IMG/VR virus record: IMGVR_UViG_3300036854_000038
Coordinates: 1 to 50,235 of that record
Source of the DNA: a virus
Lineage: Duplodnaviria > Caudoviricetes
DNA length: 50,235 nucleotides
Reading direction: 5' to 3' (one strand)
This document shows positions 36,964 through 45,352 of the stretch, piece by piece. The translations under genes and the position numbers were made by a program. Each line of letters begins with the position of its first letter. Within the stretch, counting starts at the first letter, position 1. The notes beneath the pieces are model-generated. The model ran no database searches. It was given only the letters and a program-made list of their open reading frames with translations, and was not told the origin of the DNA.

Positions 36964-37253
36964 GACCCGCCCCCTACGGCCTGGTCGTAGGCGGCGATGA
37001 CCTCAGCGGCGGCGTCTCCATGCGGGGAGCCGGAGAACAAGCGCGCCGTTCCTCGGGCAAAGTCAACGGATCTGCGGGCGGCGCGCAGCTCGGCGGCCAT
37101 CCGGTCGCAGTCCTCGACGTACCAGCCGGCGATCATGGCGGCCGCGGCCTTGATAGCGCTGTTCAGGCCGTTGGTGAGGTCGTGGTCAAGGACGCCGACC
37201 CGCCGCTGGACCTCGTCGAGGTCGACCTGGCCGGCGGTGTGCTGCTCGCTCAC
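36960..37253 (-). CDS. Hypothetical protein
   Basis: GTGA-coupled ORF. Confidence 0.6.
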   Translation of the reverse strand: MSEQHTAGQVDLDEVQRRVGVLDHDLTNGLNSAIKAAAAMIAGWYVEDCDRMAAELRAARRSVDFARGTARLFSGSPHGDAAAEVIAAYDQAVGGGS

Positions 37254-37513
37254 GACCCGCCACCCCCCGACCGGGAGCGGCGCAGGGTGGTGACGGCGTG
37301 CCAGGGGATGAACACGGTCTCGCCGGCGCCATGCCATTCGTCGCCGGGATCGGACTTGACGACCAGCATGGTGGGCACCTCCACCTCCTGGTCGCCCCAG
37401 GAGTAGGAGAGGAGCGTGCCCCAGACCGTGCCGGTCGTCAGGCCGACCGTGACCTGCTGGTCGATGAGCTCGTAAAGCGCGGGGATGCGGGACTCGGATG
37501 CGGCGGTGGTCAT
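37250..37513 (-). CDS. Small Sm/LSm-like beta-barrel protein
   Basis: VTVGL..G.V.GTLLSY...MLVV...VFIPWHAV. Confidence 0.55.
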   Translation of the reverse strand: MTTAASESRIPALYELIDQQVTVGLTTGTVWGTLLSYSWGDQEVEVPTMLVVKSDPGDEWHGAGETVFIPWHAVTTLRRSRSGGGGS

Positions 37514-37694
37514 GACGTTCCCCCTTGTCAGCGGCCGATCAGCGCGGCGCCCACCACGAGGGCGGGCAGGACCAGGCCGATCAGGATGGTGGGCAGCAGG
37601 CAGCCTGCGCGGCGGGCGGCCAGCGCGCGGCGGCGACGCCGGTCGTAGCGGCGCTTCGCGGCGTCGGTGGCCTCACGGTCAAGCCAGCGGCTCA

Positions 37695-37841
37695 TCAGCG
37701 GCCGTCCTGCTCGTCCAGCAAGCCCCACAGCAGCTCGTTGGCCAATTCGATGTCGTTGAGCATGGAGGGCCGCAGCGTCTCCTGCTTGAGCAGATTGGCA
37801 GCCTGGATAATGCGTTCGAGCAGTTCCTCCTGGGTGGCCAT
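37695..37841 (-). CDS. Small hypothetical protein
   Basis: AGGAGG RBS; MATQEELLERIIQAANLLKQE... Confidence 0.6.
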   Translation of the reverse strand: MATQEELLERIIQAANLLKQETLRPSMLNDIELANELLWGLLDEQDGR

Positions 37842-37862
37842 AGGCACCTCCTGACAGTCGGG

Positions 37863-37877
37863 CTGACACGGTGTCAG
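37863..37877. promoter_or_regulatory. CTGAC-N5-GTCAG operator
   Basis: CTGACACGGTGTCAG palindrome. Confidence 0.65.
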
Positions 37878-38150
37878 CTAGCGGGCATGGGTGAAGGGCG
37901 CGAGCCGCGCCGCGACCTGCCGGAGTTGCGCCCAGACCGGGTCGTCGCCGAGGCCGGGCACGTCGCCCAGGTCGCAGGGCAGCTTGGCGTCGGCGCGGGC
38001 CTGCAAGGTGCCGCCATCGGCGAAGCAGATGGTGACCTCGCCGTCGTCGGCGGGCTCGACCGCGGCGACCTCACGCCAGCGGCCGAAGTCCACCTCCAGC
38101 TTGGCCCGGGCGGGGATCAGCGAGGCGGTGACGTGGCGGACGATGAGCAT
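37878..38150 (-). CDS. Hypothetical protein
   Basis: GGGAGG RBS + ATG. Confidence 0.65.
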   Translation of the reverse strand: MLIVRHVTASLIPARAKLEVDFGRWREVAAVEPADDGEVTICFADGGTLQARADAKLPCDLGDVPGLGDDPVWAQLRQVAARLAPFTHAR

Positions 38151-38159
38151 GGCACCTCC

Positions 38160-38438
38160 CTAGATCAGGCCCAGGTCACGGCGGAGCAGGCACACCCCGG
38201 CAAGGCGCATGCCGAGGAAATCAGCTCGCCATGACTCCTCATCGCCGACGTTCTCCGCCAAGCCAAAGGCGATGACCTGCGCGAAATACTCCCGGAGCAC
38301 GTCCGTGGTCAGGGCGATCCCCTTGCCGGTCAGTTCGTCGCGGATCGCGGCGGCTTCCTGGTCGACCGCTGCTCGCGTGCCGGGCTCGGCAGTGTCGTAC
38401 TGCTCGAGGATGCCGGCCATGAGCGTGTCGGTGTTCAT
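38160..38438 (-). CDS. Hypothetical protein
   Basis: GGGAGG RBS + ATG. Confidence 0.65.
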   Translation of the reverse strand: MNTDTLMAGILEQYDTAEPGTRAAVDQEAAAIRDELTGKGIALTTDVLREYFAQVIAFGLAENVGDEESWRADFLGMRLAGVCLLRRDLGLI

Positions 38439-38457
38439 GCGGCGGTGCCTCCCCTTT

Positions 38458-38667
38458 CTAGGCGGCGTCGGTGACGAGTTGCTCGGCCCTGACCTCGAGG
38501 GCCTTGGCGAGCCTGACGCCGACCACGAGACCCGGGGTGACCGCCCCGGACTCCCACTTGCGGATGGCTGCCTCGGTGACGCCGATCCGGGCGGCCAGCT
38601 GGGTGCGGCTCCACTGCTTGCCCTTGCGCAGCCGCGTGAGAAGCTCGTAGTCGAATTGTGCGGTCAT
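38458..38667 (-). CDS. Cro-like XRE HTH regulator
   Basis: LRK.KQWSRTQLAARIGVTEAAIRKWESG...P; first gene of the leftward early operon. Confidence 0.9.
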   Translation of the reverse strand: MTAQFDYELLTRLRKGKQWSRTQLAARIGVTEAAIRKWESGAVTPGLVVGVRLAKALEVRAEQLVTDAA

Positions 38668-38854
38668 GGGCTGGACCGGCCTCCCCTGGTTGACAGTAGT
38701 TCTGACAAAGTTTCAGGACACCGTGACCCTACGACGGGTGCCCACCAGTGTCAACAGCCGGCCATGCGTACACTCGTCAGAACAGCAGTATTGACTAGGT
38801 TTTCGACACGCGGGTACGCTCCCCGGAGTGTCCACCCCTCCGAAGGAGCCACGC
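38668..38854. promoter_or_regulatory. Divergent cro/repressor control region
   Basis: CTGACAAAGTTTCAG at 38702-38716 and further GTCA half-sites; TACGCT at 38815-38820. Confidence 0.6.
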
Positions 38855-39382
38855 ATGGCGGCAGAGCAGGAGCGCGGCGGCGCCGCGTTCGGCGCGCTCA
38901 TGGCACAACGGGTCCGCGAGCTCGAGCAGGAGCGCGGCGAGACCATCACCCCGGCGCAGGTGACCCGCTGGGTCTTCCGCGAGCTGGACGACGAGACCCG
39001 CGCCTACGACCAGCAGCAGGCCACCAGGGTCCTCAAAGGCGAGCGGGCCTTCCCCGACACCGAAGAGGTTGACGCCTGGTGCAGGGCGCTCCTGCTGACC
39101 GGTGAGCGCCGCGCCCGCGCGTTCTGGACGGTCGGGCTGCTCCCCCCGGAGGTCGACGCCGAGCAGCTCGCCGCGGCGATGAACGGTGATGGTGGTGCCA
39201 GCAAAAGGCGCGGCCGGCATCTGAGCACCTACCGGGCCCGGCCCGGGGCGACCACCGGCGGCCGCAACGTGCAGCGTCGGAGGACTACCACCCGGTTTGC
39301 TCCGATCGCAGCTCACAGCACGTCCCACGCGGACCTGTCTGCGATCCTGTGCCACGGTGAACGGCTCAACCCGGCCGCATGA
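38855..39382 (+). CDS. Putative immunity repressor (divergent XRE-like)
   Basis: Divergent from cro and upstream of the integrase; FGA.M..R...TRVLKGER.FP...W..AL. Confidence 0.6.
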   Translation: MAAEQERGGAAFGALMAQRVRELEQERGETITPAQVTRWVFRELDDETRAYDQQQATRVLKGERAFPDTEEVDAWCRALLLTGERRARAFWTVGLLPPEVDAEQLAAAMNGDGGASKRRGRHLSTYRARPGATTGGRNVQRRRTTTRFAPIAAHSTSHADLSAILCHGERLNPAA

Positions 39383-39604
39383 GCCCCCACCTGGTGGTCG
39401 GCGTGTGCATGGCCGCCGCGTTCCTGGGCGCTGCCACCGGCAGCGCCCTCGGCCACTGGGTCGCCGACCGGCTCAGGCTGGCATCCCCCCACGATCAACG
39501 TAACGATCGTTCCCCCATCTGTACGAAATTCCGGGACCGTAACACTGCTGTGACCAACCGGTCGGATGCTTCCGCCCCTCTACGCCGAGTAGAAGGGGGG
39601 CCCC

Positions 39605-40960
39605 TTGGAATCGTCCACGACCGCCGCAGTGGGCACGCGCCTGCTCGAACACTTCTCCGACCAGCTCCACCGTATCCCCCTAGGCTTCGGCCCCCGCCAC
39701 CTGGTCGCGCTGCTGATCCTGCTGGCCGTGGGGTACGTGGCTAGGCATGCACCGGACCCCCACGGCCAGCTGGCCGGTGCCCTGCCCGACTCGGGCAGCC
39801 TCCCAGACCCCGAGCTGTACATCGCCGGGCTGACCGGCGGCGGCCTGTGGGAGCGCTACAAGCTGACCATCTCCATGGACGGCCGTCACGAGCCGTCCAC
39901 CGTCGCCCAGTGGGGCGAGGTGTGGGACGACTGGCTCGTCTACCTGCACGCGGCCGGGTGCCGGCGCCGGCCGGGCCGCTGCGACCGTGGGGAGGGCTGC
40001 AAGGGCATCCCCTGGCAGCGCGCCCGGGAGCGGCACTTGAAGGCGTTCCTGGACCTGCCGTGCCGCAGCGGCCCCCGCAAGGGCATGGCCAAGACGGTCG
40101 CCACCAGGGCGGCCTACCTCAAGGCGATCAAGCCGGTGTACCAGTTCGCCGTCCGCAAGCGCATCCTGAGCCGCGACCCGTTCGCCGACGTCCGCCCACC
40201 CAAGGTCGGCGACGGGCTGGCTATCGCGTTCTCCCGCGACCAGCTCGCCAAGATCCTGACCGCCGCGGCCGGCCACGCCGACCGGCGGATCTACATCATG
40301 TGCTGGCTGGGCTACCACGGCCTGCGGTGCATGGAGATCGCCGGGTTGCGCCGCGAGCATGTCCGCCTGGACGACGAGCCGGTGCTGCTGGTGCACGGCA
40401 AGGGCAGCAACCGCCGGGAGGTCCCGGTGATGCGCCTGTTCGTACCGGTGCTGGCCGAGTGGACCCGGGACATGGGGACCTTCGACCCGCTGATCGTCGC
40501 CCACGACAACCAGTGCCGGCCGACCGCGCAGCCGCTCAGCCCCTCCCGGATCTCGGGGATGCTGAGCGACTTCATCCGCCACGACGCGGGCGTCGGCGGC
40601 AGCGCCCACCGGCTGCGGCACACCGCGGCGACGTTCATGCTCGACGAGGGCGACGGGGAGAACCTGCATCATGTCAGCCGGTTCCTCGGGCATGCCAGGC
40701 TCGACACGACGATGATCTACGTGCGCGCGCACCAGTGGAACGTCCGCAAGTGGGTCGACCGGATGCCGGACCCGGCTGACCCGACCCGCCGGCAGCCCCA
40801 GCCGCAGCGCCTCGGTGAGCTGCTCGGCGAGGCACTGCGGCAGACGCTCACCCCGGAGATGAGCCGGCGGCTCCGGGACCTCCCCGAGGACCTGGCCGCA
40901 ACCTACCGGCCGCTGCTGGAGCTTGGCCACCTGCTCGCAGCCGATCAGGCCGGCGGTTGA
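39605..40960 (+). CDS. int: Tyrosine integrase/recombinase
   Basis: Catalytic set GLRCMEI (R), HGKG (K), HRLRH (HxxR), LGH...TTMIY (H, Y); start uncertain. Confidence 0.9.
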   Translation: MESSTTAAVGTRLLEHFSDQLHRIPLGFGPRHLVALLILLAVGYVARHAPDPHGQLAGALPDSGSLPDPELYIAGLTGGGLWERYKLTISMDGRHEPSTVAQWGEVWDDWLVYLHAAGCRRRPGRCDRGEGCKGIPWQRARERHLKAFLDLPCRSGPRKGMAKTVATRAAYLKAIKPVYQFAVRKRILSRDPFADVRPPKVGDGLAIAFSRDQLAKILTAAAGHADRRIYIMCWLGYHGLRCMEIAGLRREHVRLDDEPVLLVHGKGSNRREVPVMRLFVPVLAEWTRDMGTFDPLIVAHDNQCRPTAQPLSPSRISGMLSDFIRHDAGVGGSAHRLRHTAATFMLDEGDGENLHHVSRFLGHARLDTTMIYVRAHQWNVRKWVDRMPDPADPTRRQPQPQRLGELLGEALRQTLTPEMSRRLRDLPEDLAATYRPLLELGHLLAADQAGG

Positions 40961-41148
40961 CCCTCGCCGGCGGTTGACCGCAGCCATGCCTGCACGTCTG
41001 CCCACCGGTACCTGGGGGACCGGCCGGCCCGCACGAACGGTGGGCCGGTCCCCTGGCTGCGCCAGCGTGCCAGGGTGCGCCGCGAGACCTTCAACTCGCG
41101 GGCAAGCTCGGCAGCGGTCAGCAACTCGCCAGGCTCATGTTCACGCAT
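40945..41148 (-). CDS. xis: Excisionase-like HTH protein
   Basis: LLTAAELARELKVSRRTLARWRSQGTGPPFVR.G...RY....VQAWL. Confidence 0.8.
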   Translation of the reverse strand: MREHEPGELLTAAELARELKVSRRTLARWRSQGTGPPFVRAGRSPRYRWADVQAWLRSTAGEGQPPA

Positions 41149-41149
41149 C

Positions 41150-41332
41150 GGACCCCCAAGGCCATCAGGGGCGGATTGTACCCGCCCGGCACCTGATGGC
41201 ATCACCCGGCGACTCGGGGCATCTACGGTCAGCATCCTTCGTCATCCTCCGGCACTACTTGACATCTTCGGGGAGCCTGGCGAACGATGACACAGGCGGG
41301 GCGTGGTGTCCTCTTGGACCCCCAAGGCCATC
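41150..41332. repeat. 17-bp direct repeat with interspersed CATC boxes
   Basis: GGACCCCCAAGGCCATC at 41150-41166 and 41316-41332. Confidence 0.7.
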
Positions 41333-41411
41333 GGGACGCCGCGCCCCAGAAAAGAAAGGCTCCCCGGGCGCGACCGGGAAGCCTTTCATCGGAGCAAGAG
41401 GGGGCCACCTC

Positions 41412-41603
41412 ATGCCCACTACGGGTGAAGTCTACGCGGCCTTGGCTGCCGAAGCAGCCGGCCTGCGGTTCCAGGTCAAGCGGTTCCTGCGCCTGCTGCG
41501 GGAAGCCGGCGTCGACCCTCCCGGCAGCCTGGCAGGCGCCGAGCGGACTCTCCACCAGCTTGAGGAGACCATGGCCGAGCAGGCAAGGCAGGCGGCGCAA
41601 TGA
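41412..41603 (+). CDS. Small hypothetical protein
   Basis: GAGGGGG RBS + ATG. Confidence 0.55.
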   Translation: MPTTGEVYAALAAEAAGLRFQVKRFLRLLREAGVDPPGSLAGAERTLHQLEETMAEQARQAAQ

Positions 41604-41893
41604 TCGCGGTCGTCAGCCCGACCCGCCGCGTGGTGTTGTGTACCCCGCCGCCACCCGGGACCGTCGTCCAGCAGCTCCAGGTCAGCCCGGGTACCCCGTC
41701 CGCGAAGGTCCTCGCGGGTGCCGCGCAGGTGCTGGAGCCGGCCGCGGTCGTCGAGCTGTGGCAGCGGCTGGCCAGCGCCGGTGACGACGTCGACCTTGAC
41801 AGGGTGCTCGAGCATGCCGCGCAGGTGCTGCCACCCGGCAAGGTCGACGAGCTCCGCGAGCTGCTGGAACCACCGTTCCAACGGGCGGATTAG
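41600..41893 (+). CDS. Hypothetical protein
   Basis: ATGA-coupled. Confidence 0.5.
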   Translation: MIAVVSPTRRVVLCTPPPPGTVVQQLQVSPGTPSAKVLAGAAQVLEPAAVVELWQRLASAGDDVDLDRVLEHAAQVLPPGKVDELRELLEPPFQRAD

Positions 41894-41980
41894 CCGTAAC
41901 CGTCCGCAACAGTGTAACTGCCTGGAACAACCTACGGCGCGTAGATTGTCCTTTAGCCATCGCGCGAACAAGGGGGGCGT

Positions 41981-42187
41981 TTGGCCGTGGCATCCGCAAT
42001 CCCACCGCGACGCAGGTTCCACCGCGAGACCGCGGGCCTGTCGAGCAAGATCACCCACGTCCTCGAGGCCGCCGCCGAAGAAGGTGTCGACATCCACAAC
42101 CACGTCTTCAATCTGCTGCTCGACACCAAACGCTGGGCGGACCAGCAACGCGGCGAGCCGGACGGCAAACCCAAGGACGGGGTCTAG
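41981..42187 (+). CDS. Small hypothetical protein
   Basis: AAGGGGGG RBS. Confidence 0.45.
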   Translation: MAVASAIPPRRRFHRETAGLSSKITHVLEAAAEEGVDIHNHVFNLLLDTKRWADQQRGEPDGKPKDGV

Positions 42188-42199
42188 CGGCCGGCTTGG

Positions 42200-42528
42200 T
42201 CAGCGGAGCACTGACGTGTCATCAATTTCCGGGTCAAACCCGAGGCGGGCCACGCAGTCGGCCTCCCATGATCCCGGCCGGCGGGCGAGCAGGCGGGTCA
42301 TCCCGCCGGCCTTGGCGCTGGCCTGGCGGATGCCGTCCGACAGCCAGCCGGCAATCTCGATGCCGTCGGCGTGCGCCCAGCCGATCAGCGTGGCCAGCGC
42401 GTCGGTGTACTCCGTGGCGTACTCCGTACTCCACGGCGGGGCTCTGGGTCGAGGTCGCTGCCGGGTCGGATAATCTGCTGGTCGTCAGCAGTTCTGCCAG
42501 TGGCTGAGTCGATTGGGTTGTCGGTCAT
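42200..42528 (-). pseudogene. Apparently frameshifted gene
   Basis: The ATG frame stops after about 47 codons; the -1 frame reads EYATEYTDALATLIGW...LLARRPGSWEADCV and has no start before this segment. Confidence 0.4.
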
Positions 42529-43229
42529 TGGCTTTCCTCCCGGAGGCGGCGGGACAGGGTGGTGCGGGCCATGCCGACCGCGCCGGCGACCTCGTCAAGG
42601 CTCAGCCCGCCCGCGGTCAGCAGCTCCCTTGCGCGCGTGACCTGACCTGCGTCGTTGTGCCGTGGACGGCCTCCTGTGCGGCCTCGCGCGCGCGCTGCTT
42701 CCAGGCCAGCGCGGGTGCGTTCGCGGAGCAGGTCCCGCTCGAACTCGGCCAGCGCCGCCATGATGTGGAACAGCAGCCTGCCGGCCGGCGTGCTGGTGTC
42801 CAGCGCCTCGGAGAGGCTGTGGAAGGCGACGCCGCGGCGCTCCAGCTCGCCGACGACCTCCAGGAGGTGCTTGAGGCTGCGGCCGAGCCGGTCCAGCTTC
42901 CACACGACCAGCGTGTCCCCCGGGCGCAGCTGCTCCAGGAGCGCGTCGAGCTCCGGGCGGTCCTGGCGGGCGCCGCTGGCGTGGTCGGTGAACACCCGCC
43001 GGCAGCCGGCCCGCTGGAGCGCGTCAAGTTGGAGCTCGGGATGCTGGTCGACGGTGGACACGCGGGCGTAGCCGAGCTGGTAGCCGGACCACTCTGGCGG
43101 CGGGCCGAAACCCGTCGTGTCGGCCTGGTCGGCGGCCAGGGTTTTGGTCGACGGTTTTGGTCCCGGACGATCGCCGTTGGCGCCGGCCGGGCCCGGGTCG
43201 ACCACAAGGGAGCGTTTCTGCCCGGTCAC
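42525..43229 (-). CDS. Small serine recombinase (resolvase/invertase family)
   Basis: GYARVSTVDQ, RPELD.LL..LRPGDTLVVWKLDRLGRS, AEFER....ERT.AGL.AARARGR.GGRP, C-terminal HTH. Confidence 0.95.
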   Translation of the reverse strand: MTGQKRSLVVDPGPAGANGDRPGPKPSTKTLAADQADTTGFGPPPEWSGYQLGYARVSTVDQHPELQLDALQRAGCRRVFTDHASGARQDRPELDALLEQLRPGDTLVVWKLDRLGRSLKHLLEVVGELERRGVAFHSLSEALDTSTPAGRLLFHIMAALAEFERDLLRERTRAGLEAARARGRTGGRPRHNDAGQVTRARELLTAGGLSLDEVAGAVGMARTTLSRRLREESQ

Positions 43230-43684
43230 GTCTTGCTCGCTCGGTCGTAGTCGTCGAGCCACCGCTGCGCGTATTCGCTGAGCCGGTAGTACTCCTCCGG
43301 GTGCAGCTTCGGATCGCCGCCGTGCTTGCGCTTCATCCAGCCGAGCAGGTCGCCGATGATCTCGAAGGCTTCCTGATCGGCCTTGCGCAGCCGTTCGACC
43401 TCGCCGATGAGGTGGTCGGTATCGTCGGGGGCATGGGCGATGAACTCAGCGTCTTCGCGTTTCCAGACGCCAGCTTCACCATGTTCGGTCGCCACGATAC
43501 TGTCGTCGTCTTCCCGGCCGAGGATGTCCCAGTGCCACTGGGCCGACTCCTCATGTGATGGCCGTGAGCGGCGCCATGCTTCGCCGATCCGATCGTGAAC
43601 CCGCCACGGCGGCCGGGTGATGGCTGCTCTGCGAGCCTTGATCTGGTCGAGGTTGAGCGGATCGGGGACGGCAGGGTCAGTCAT
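43226..43684 (-). CDS. Ead/Ea22-like phage protein
   Basis: IKAR.AA.T..PW...DAEFIAHAP.D...L..EVERLR. Confidence 0.7.
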   Translation of the reverse strand: MTDPAVPDPLNLDQIKARRAAITRPPWRVHDRIGEAWRRSRPSHEESAQWHWDILGREDDDSIVATEHGEAGVWKREDAEFIAHAPDDTDHLIGEVERLRKADQEAFEIIGDLLGWMKRKHGGDPKLHPEEYYRLSEYAQRWLDDYDRASKT

Positions 43685-43824
43685 GCGGCGGCCTTTCTCC
43701 CGTAGCGTTTCTGCCCGGTCACCAGTCGTTCCCCCGGCGCGGCCTGTTCAGCAGCCATATCAGCAGCAGACCGAGCGCGCATCCAATGACTGCGCCCAAC
43801 ACGCTCCAGCCGGCGGCAACCCAA

Positions 43825-44130
43825 TCAGCGTGCGTCATGCTGTGACCTCCCGGTACCTGATCGCCGCGTGGCCGCGTCAAGGTCGGCGCGCAGCGTGCGG
43901 ACCAGCCAGTTGAGCATCCGCTCGTCCACCGGGTCGTCGCCGAGTGGCCGCAGCGCGCCGACCAGGGTCGCATAGGCACTGATCGTGCGGCGGGCTATCT
44001 CGCGGTCGGGGCGAAGCTCCGATTCCGGGGCGTCGCTGTTGACGAAGGGGTCGAGCAGGTCGCGGAGCAGGCCGAGCGCTTCGGCGACCTGCTCGGCGGG
44101 CACCGTCGGCGCGGGACGGGTCTGGGTCAT
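43825..44130 (-). CDS. Hypothetical protein
   Basis: GGAGG RBS; ATGA-coupled. Confidence 0.6.
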   Translation of the reverse strand: MTQTRPAPTVPAEQVAEALGLLRDLLDPFVNSDAPESELRPDREIARRTISAYATLVGALRPLGDDPVDERMLNWLVRTLRADLDAATRRSGTGRSQHDAR

Positions 44131-44354
44131 CGGGACGCCTCCAACTCGCGGGCCACCTTGGCAGCCTGCTGGGCCATGTCGGCGAGACGCTCAAAATCGA
44201 CCGCTCGGCCAGTGATGATGACCGAAGGTGTTATGTCGAATTGCGCGAGCGCGTTGCCCTGGTCCCAATGCGCATGCGGTGGCCAGGGCAGACTGGCGTC
44301 GCCTAGATGGACGAAGGTGATGGCGTGCTGCCGGTACTCGCTGCTGGTGCTCAT
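44127..44354 (-). CDS. Hypothetical protein
   Basis: GGGAGG RBS + ATG. Confidence 0.6.
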   Translation of the reverse strand: MSTSSEYRQHAITFVHLGDASLPWPPHAHWDQGNALAQFDITPSVIITGRAVDFERLADMAQQAAKVARELEASR

Positions 44355-44532
44355 GCTGTGACCTCCCGGTCAGACGGTGCTGGTGTACCACGGCCACGCA
44401 GGCGCCGCACTCTAGGGGGTGGCGCCGGCCAGGGTGGCTCCAAGAGCGCGTCGCCCAGGCAGAGCGCGCACGCCACCAGAGCACCGCGGCGGACCAGTTC
44501 GGCCTCGCAACGGCAACGCGGGCAGACGCCCA

Positions 44533-44826
44533 TCAGCGGTGCCCCGCTGGGCGGCTGAGCACCAGCGCGATCACCGCGAGACTGATCGCGCCCATAGTGA
44601 CCATGCCGGCGACCGCCACTGCGGCGGTGAGCACGGCGGCGACCAGCGCGACGATGGCGACCACGCCACCGACGACCATGCCGGCGGTGGTGAGCACGAT
44701 GGTCACGGCGGTGGCAGGGTGCATCCGGGCCAGCGAGTCGAGCACCAGCACCGGCGTGGGTCTGGGTGGCATGTCGGCCTGGGGGACGATCTCCACCGGC
44801 CGGCAGGCGGGTGGTTGTGGGCGCAT
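44533..44826 (-). CDS. SpdD-like membrane protein
   Basis: Pro-rich N-terminus then a long Ala/Val hydrophobic hairpin; downstream of the FtsK gene. Confidence 0.6.
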   Translation of the reverse strand: MRPQPPACRPVEIVPQADMPPRPTPVLVLDSLARMHPATAVTIVLTTAGMVVGGVVAIVALVAAVLTAAVAVAGMVTMGAISLAVIALVLSRPAGHR

Positions 44827-44835
44827 CAGGGTCTC

Positions 44836-45147
44836 CTAGTTTCTGAGCAGCTCGAGGACGCGGCCGAGCCGCGCGGTCGGCTCGGCGTGGCCCTTCTCGC
44901 TGATCACTCGGGTGGGCTGGCCGCCGACCAGCCGCGCGCTTGGCGCGCCGGAGGCGACGAACGCCAGCGTTCGGAACGTCTCCACCGCGTCGAGCACGCG
45001 ACGATGCTCGGCGTCGGGGATGGGCAGGTCGTAGACCAGCGTCGGGCCTTCGCTGGCGAGCGCCATGTGCCGGGGTAGCCGGCCGCGGTAGGCCGCGAGC
45101 AGCCGGCCGGCCTGGTCGACGACCAGGAAGGTGCGTCCGTGGGACAT
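44836..45147 (-). CDS. Hypothetical protein
   Basis: GGAG RBS; MSHGRTFLVVDQ... Confidence 0.55.
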   Translation of the reverse strand: MSHGRTFLVVDQAGRLLAAYRGRLPRHMALASEGPTLVYDLPIPDAEHRRVLDAVETFRTLAFVASGAPSARLVGGQPTRVISEKGHAEPTARLGRVLELLRN

Positions 45148-45181
45148 CGGGTCTCCGTCACTGTGGGTGGTCGGGCGGTCG

Positions 45182-45343
45182 GGTCTAGCTAGCGACGGGC
45201 GGCACCCACCGCGGGGCCGGTTTCGAGGCCCAGGAGGGCCGTTCGAGCGGCCGGCCGCTAGCCGATAGGCTCCTGGTCGGGCAGGGGATTTGCCGCTAGT
45301 GGGGCCGCTAGACCTAGCGGGGTTGGGCGCTAGGTCTAGCGGC
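45182..45343. repeat. GCCGCTAG repeat cluster (clt-like) and 16-bp hairpin
   Basis: GCCGCTAG at 45254, 45292 and 45304, inverted at 45336; eight CTAG in 155 bp; stem 45304-45343. Confidence 0.7.
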
Positions 45344-45352
45344 GTTCCGGGG

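Noticed and set aside
41256-41268. ACTTGACATC (and TTATGTCGAAT near 44231) as dif-like Xer sites
   Set aside because: Only partial single arms, with no matching second arm at the right spacing
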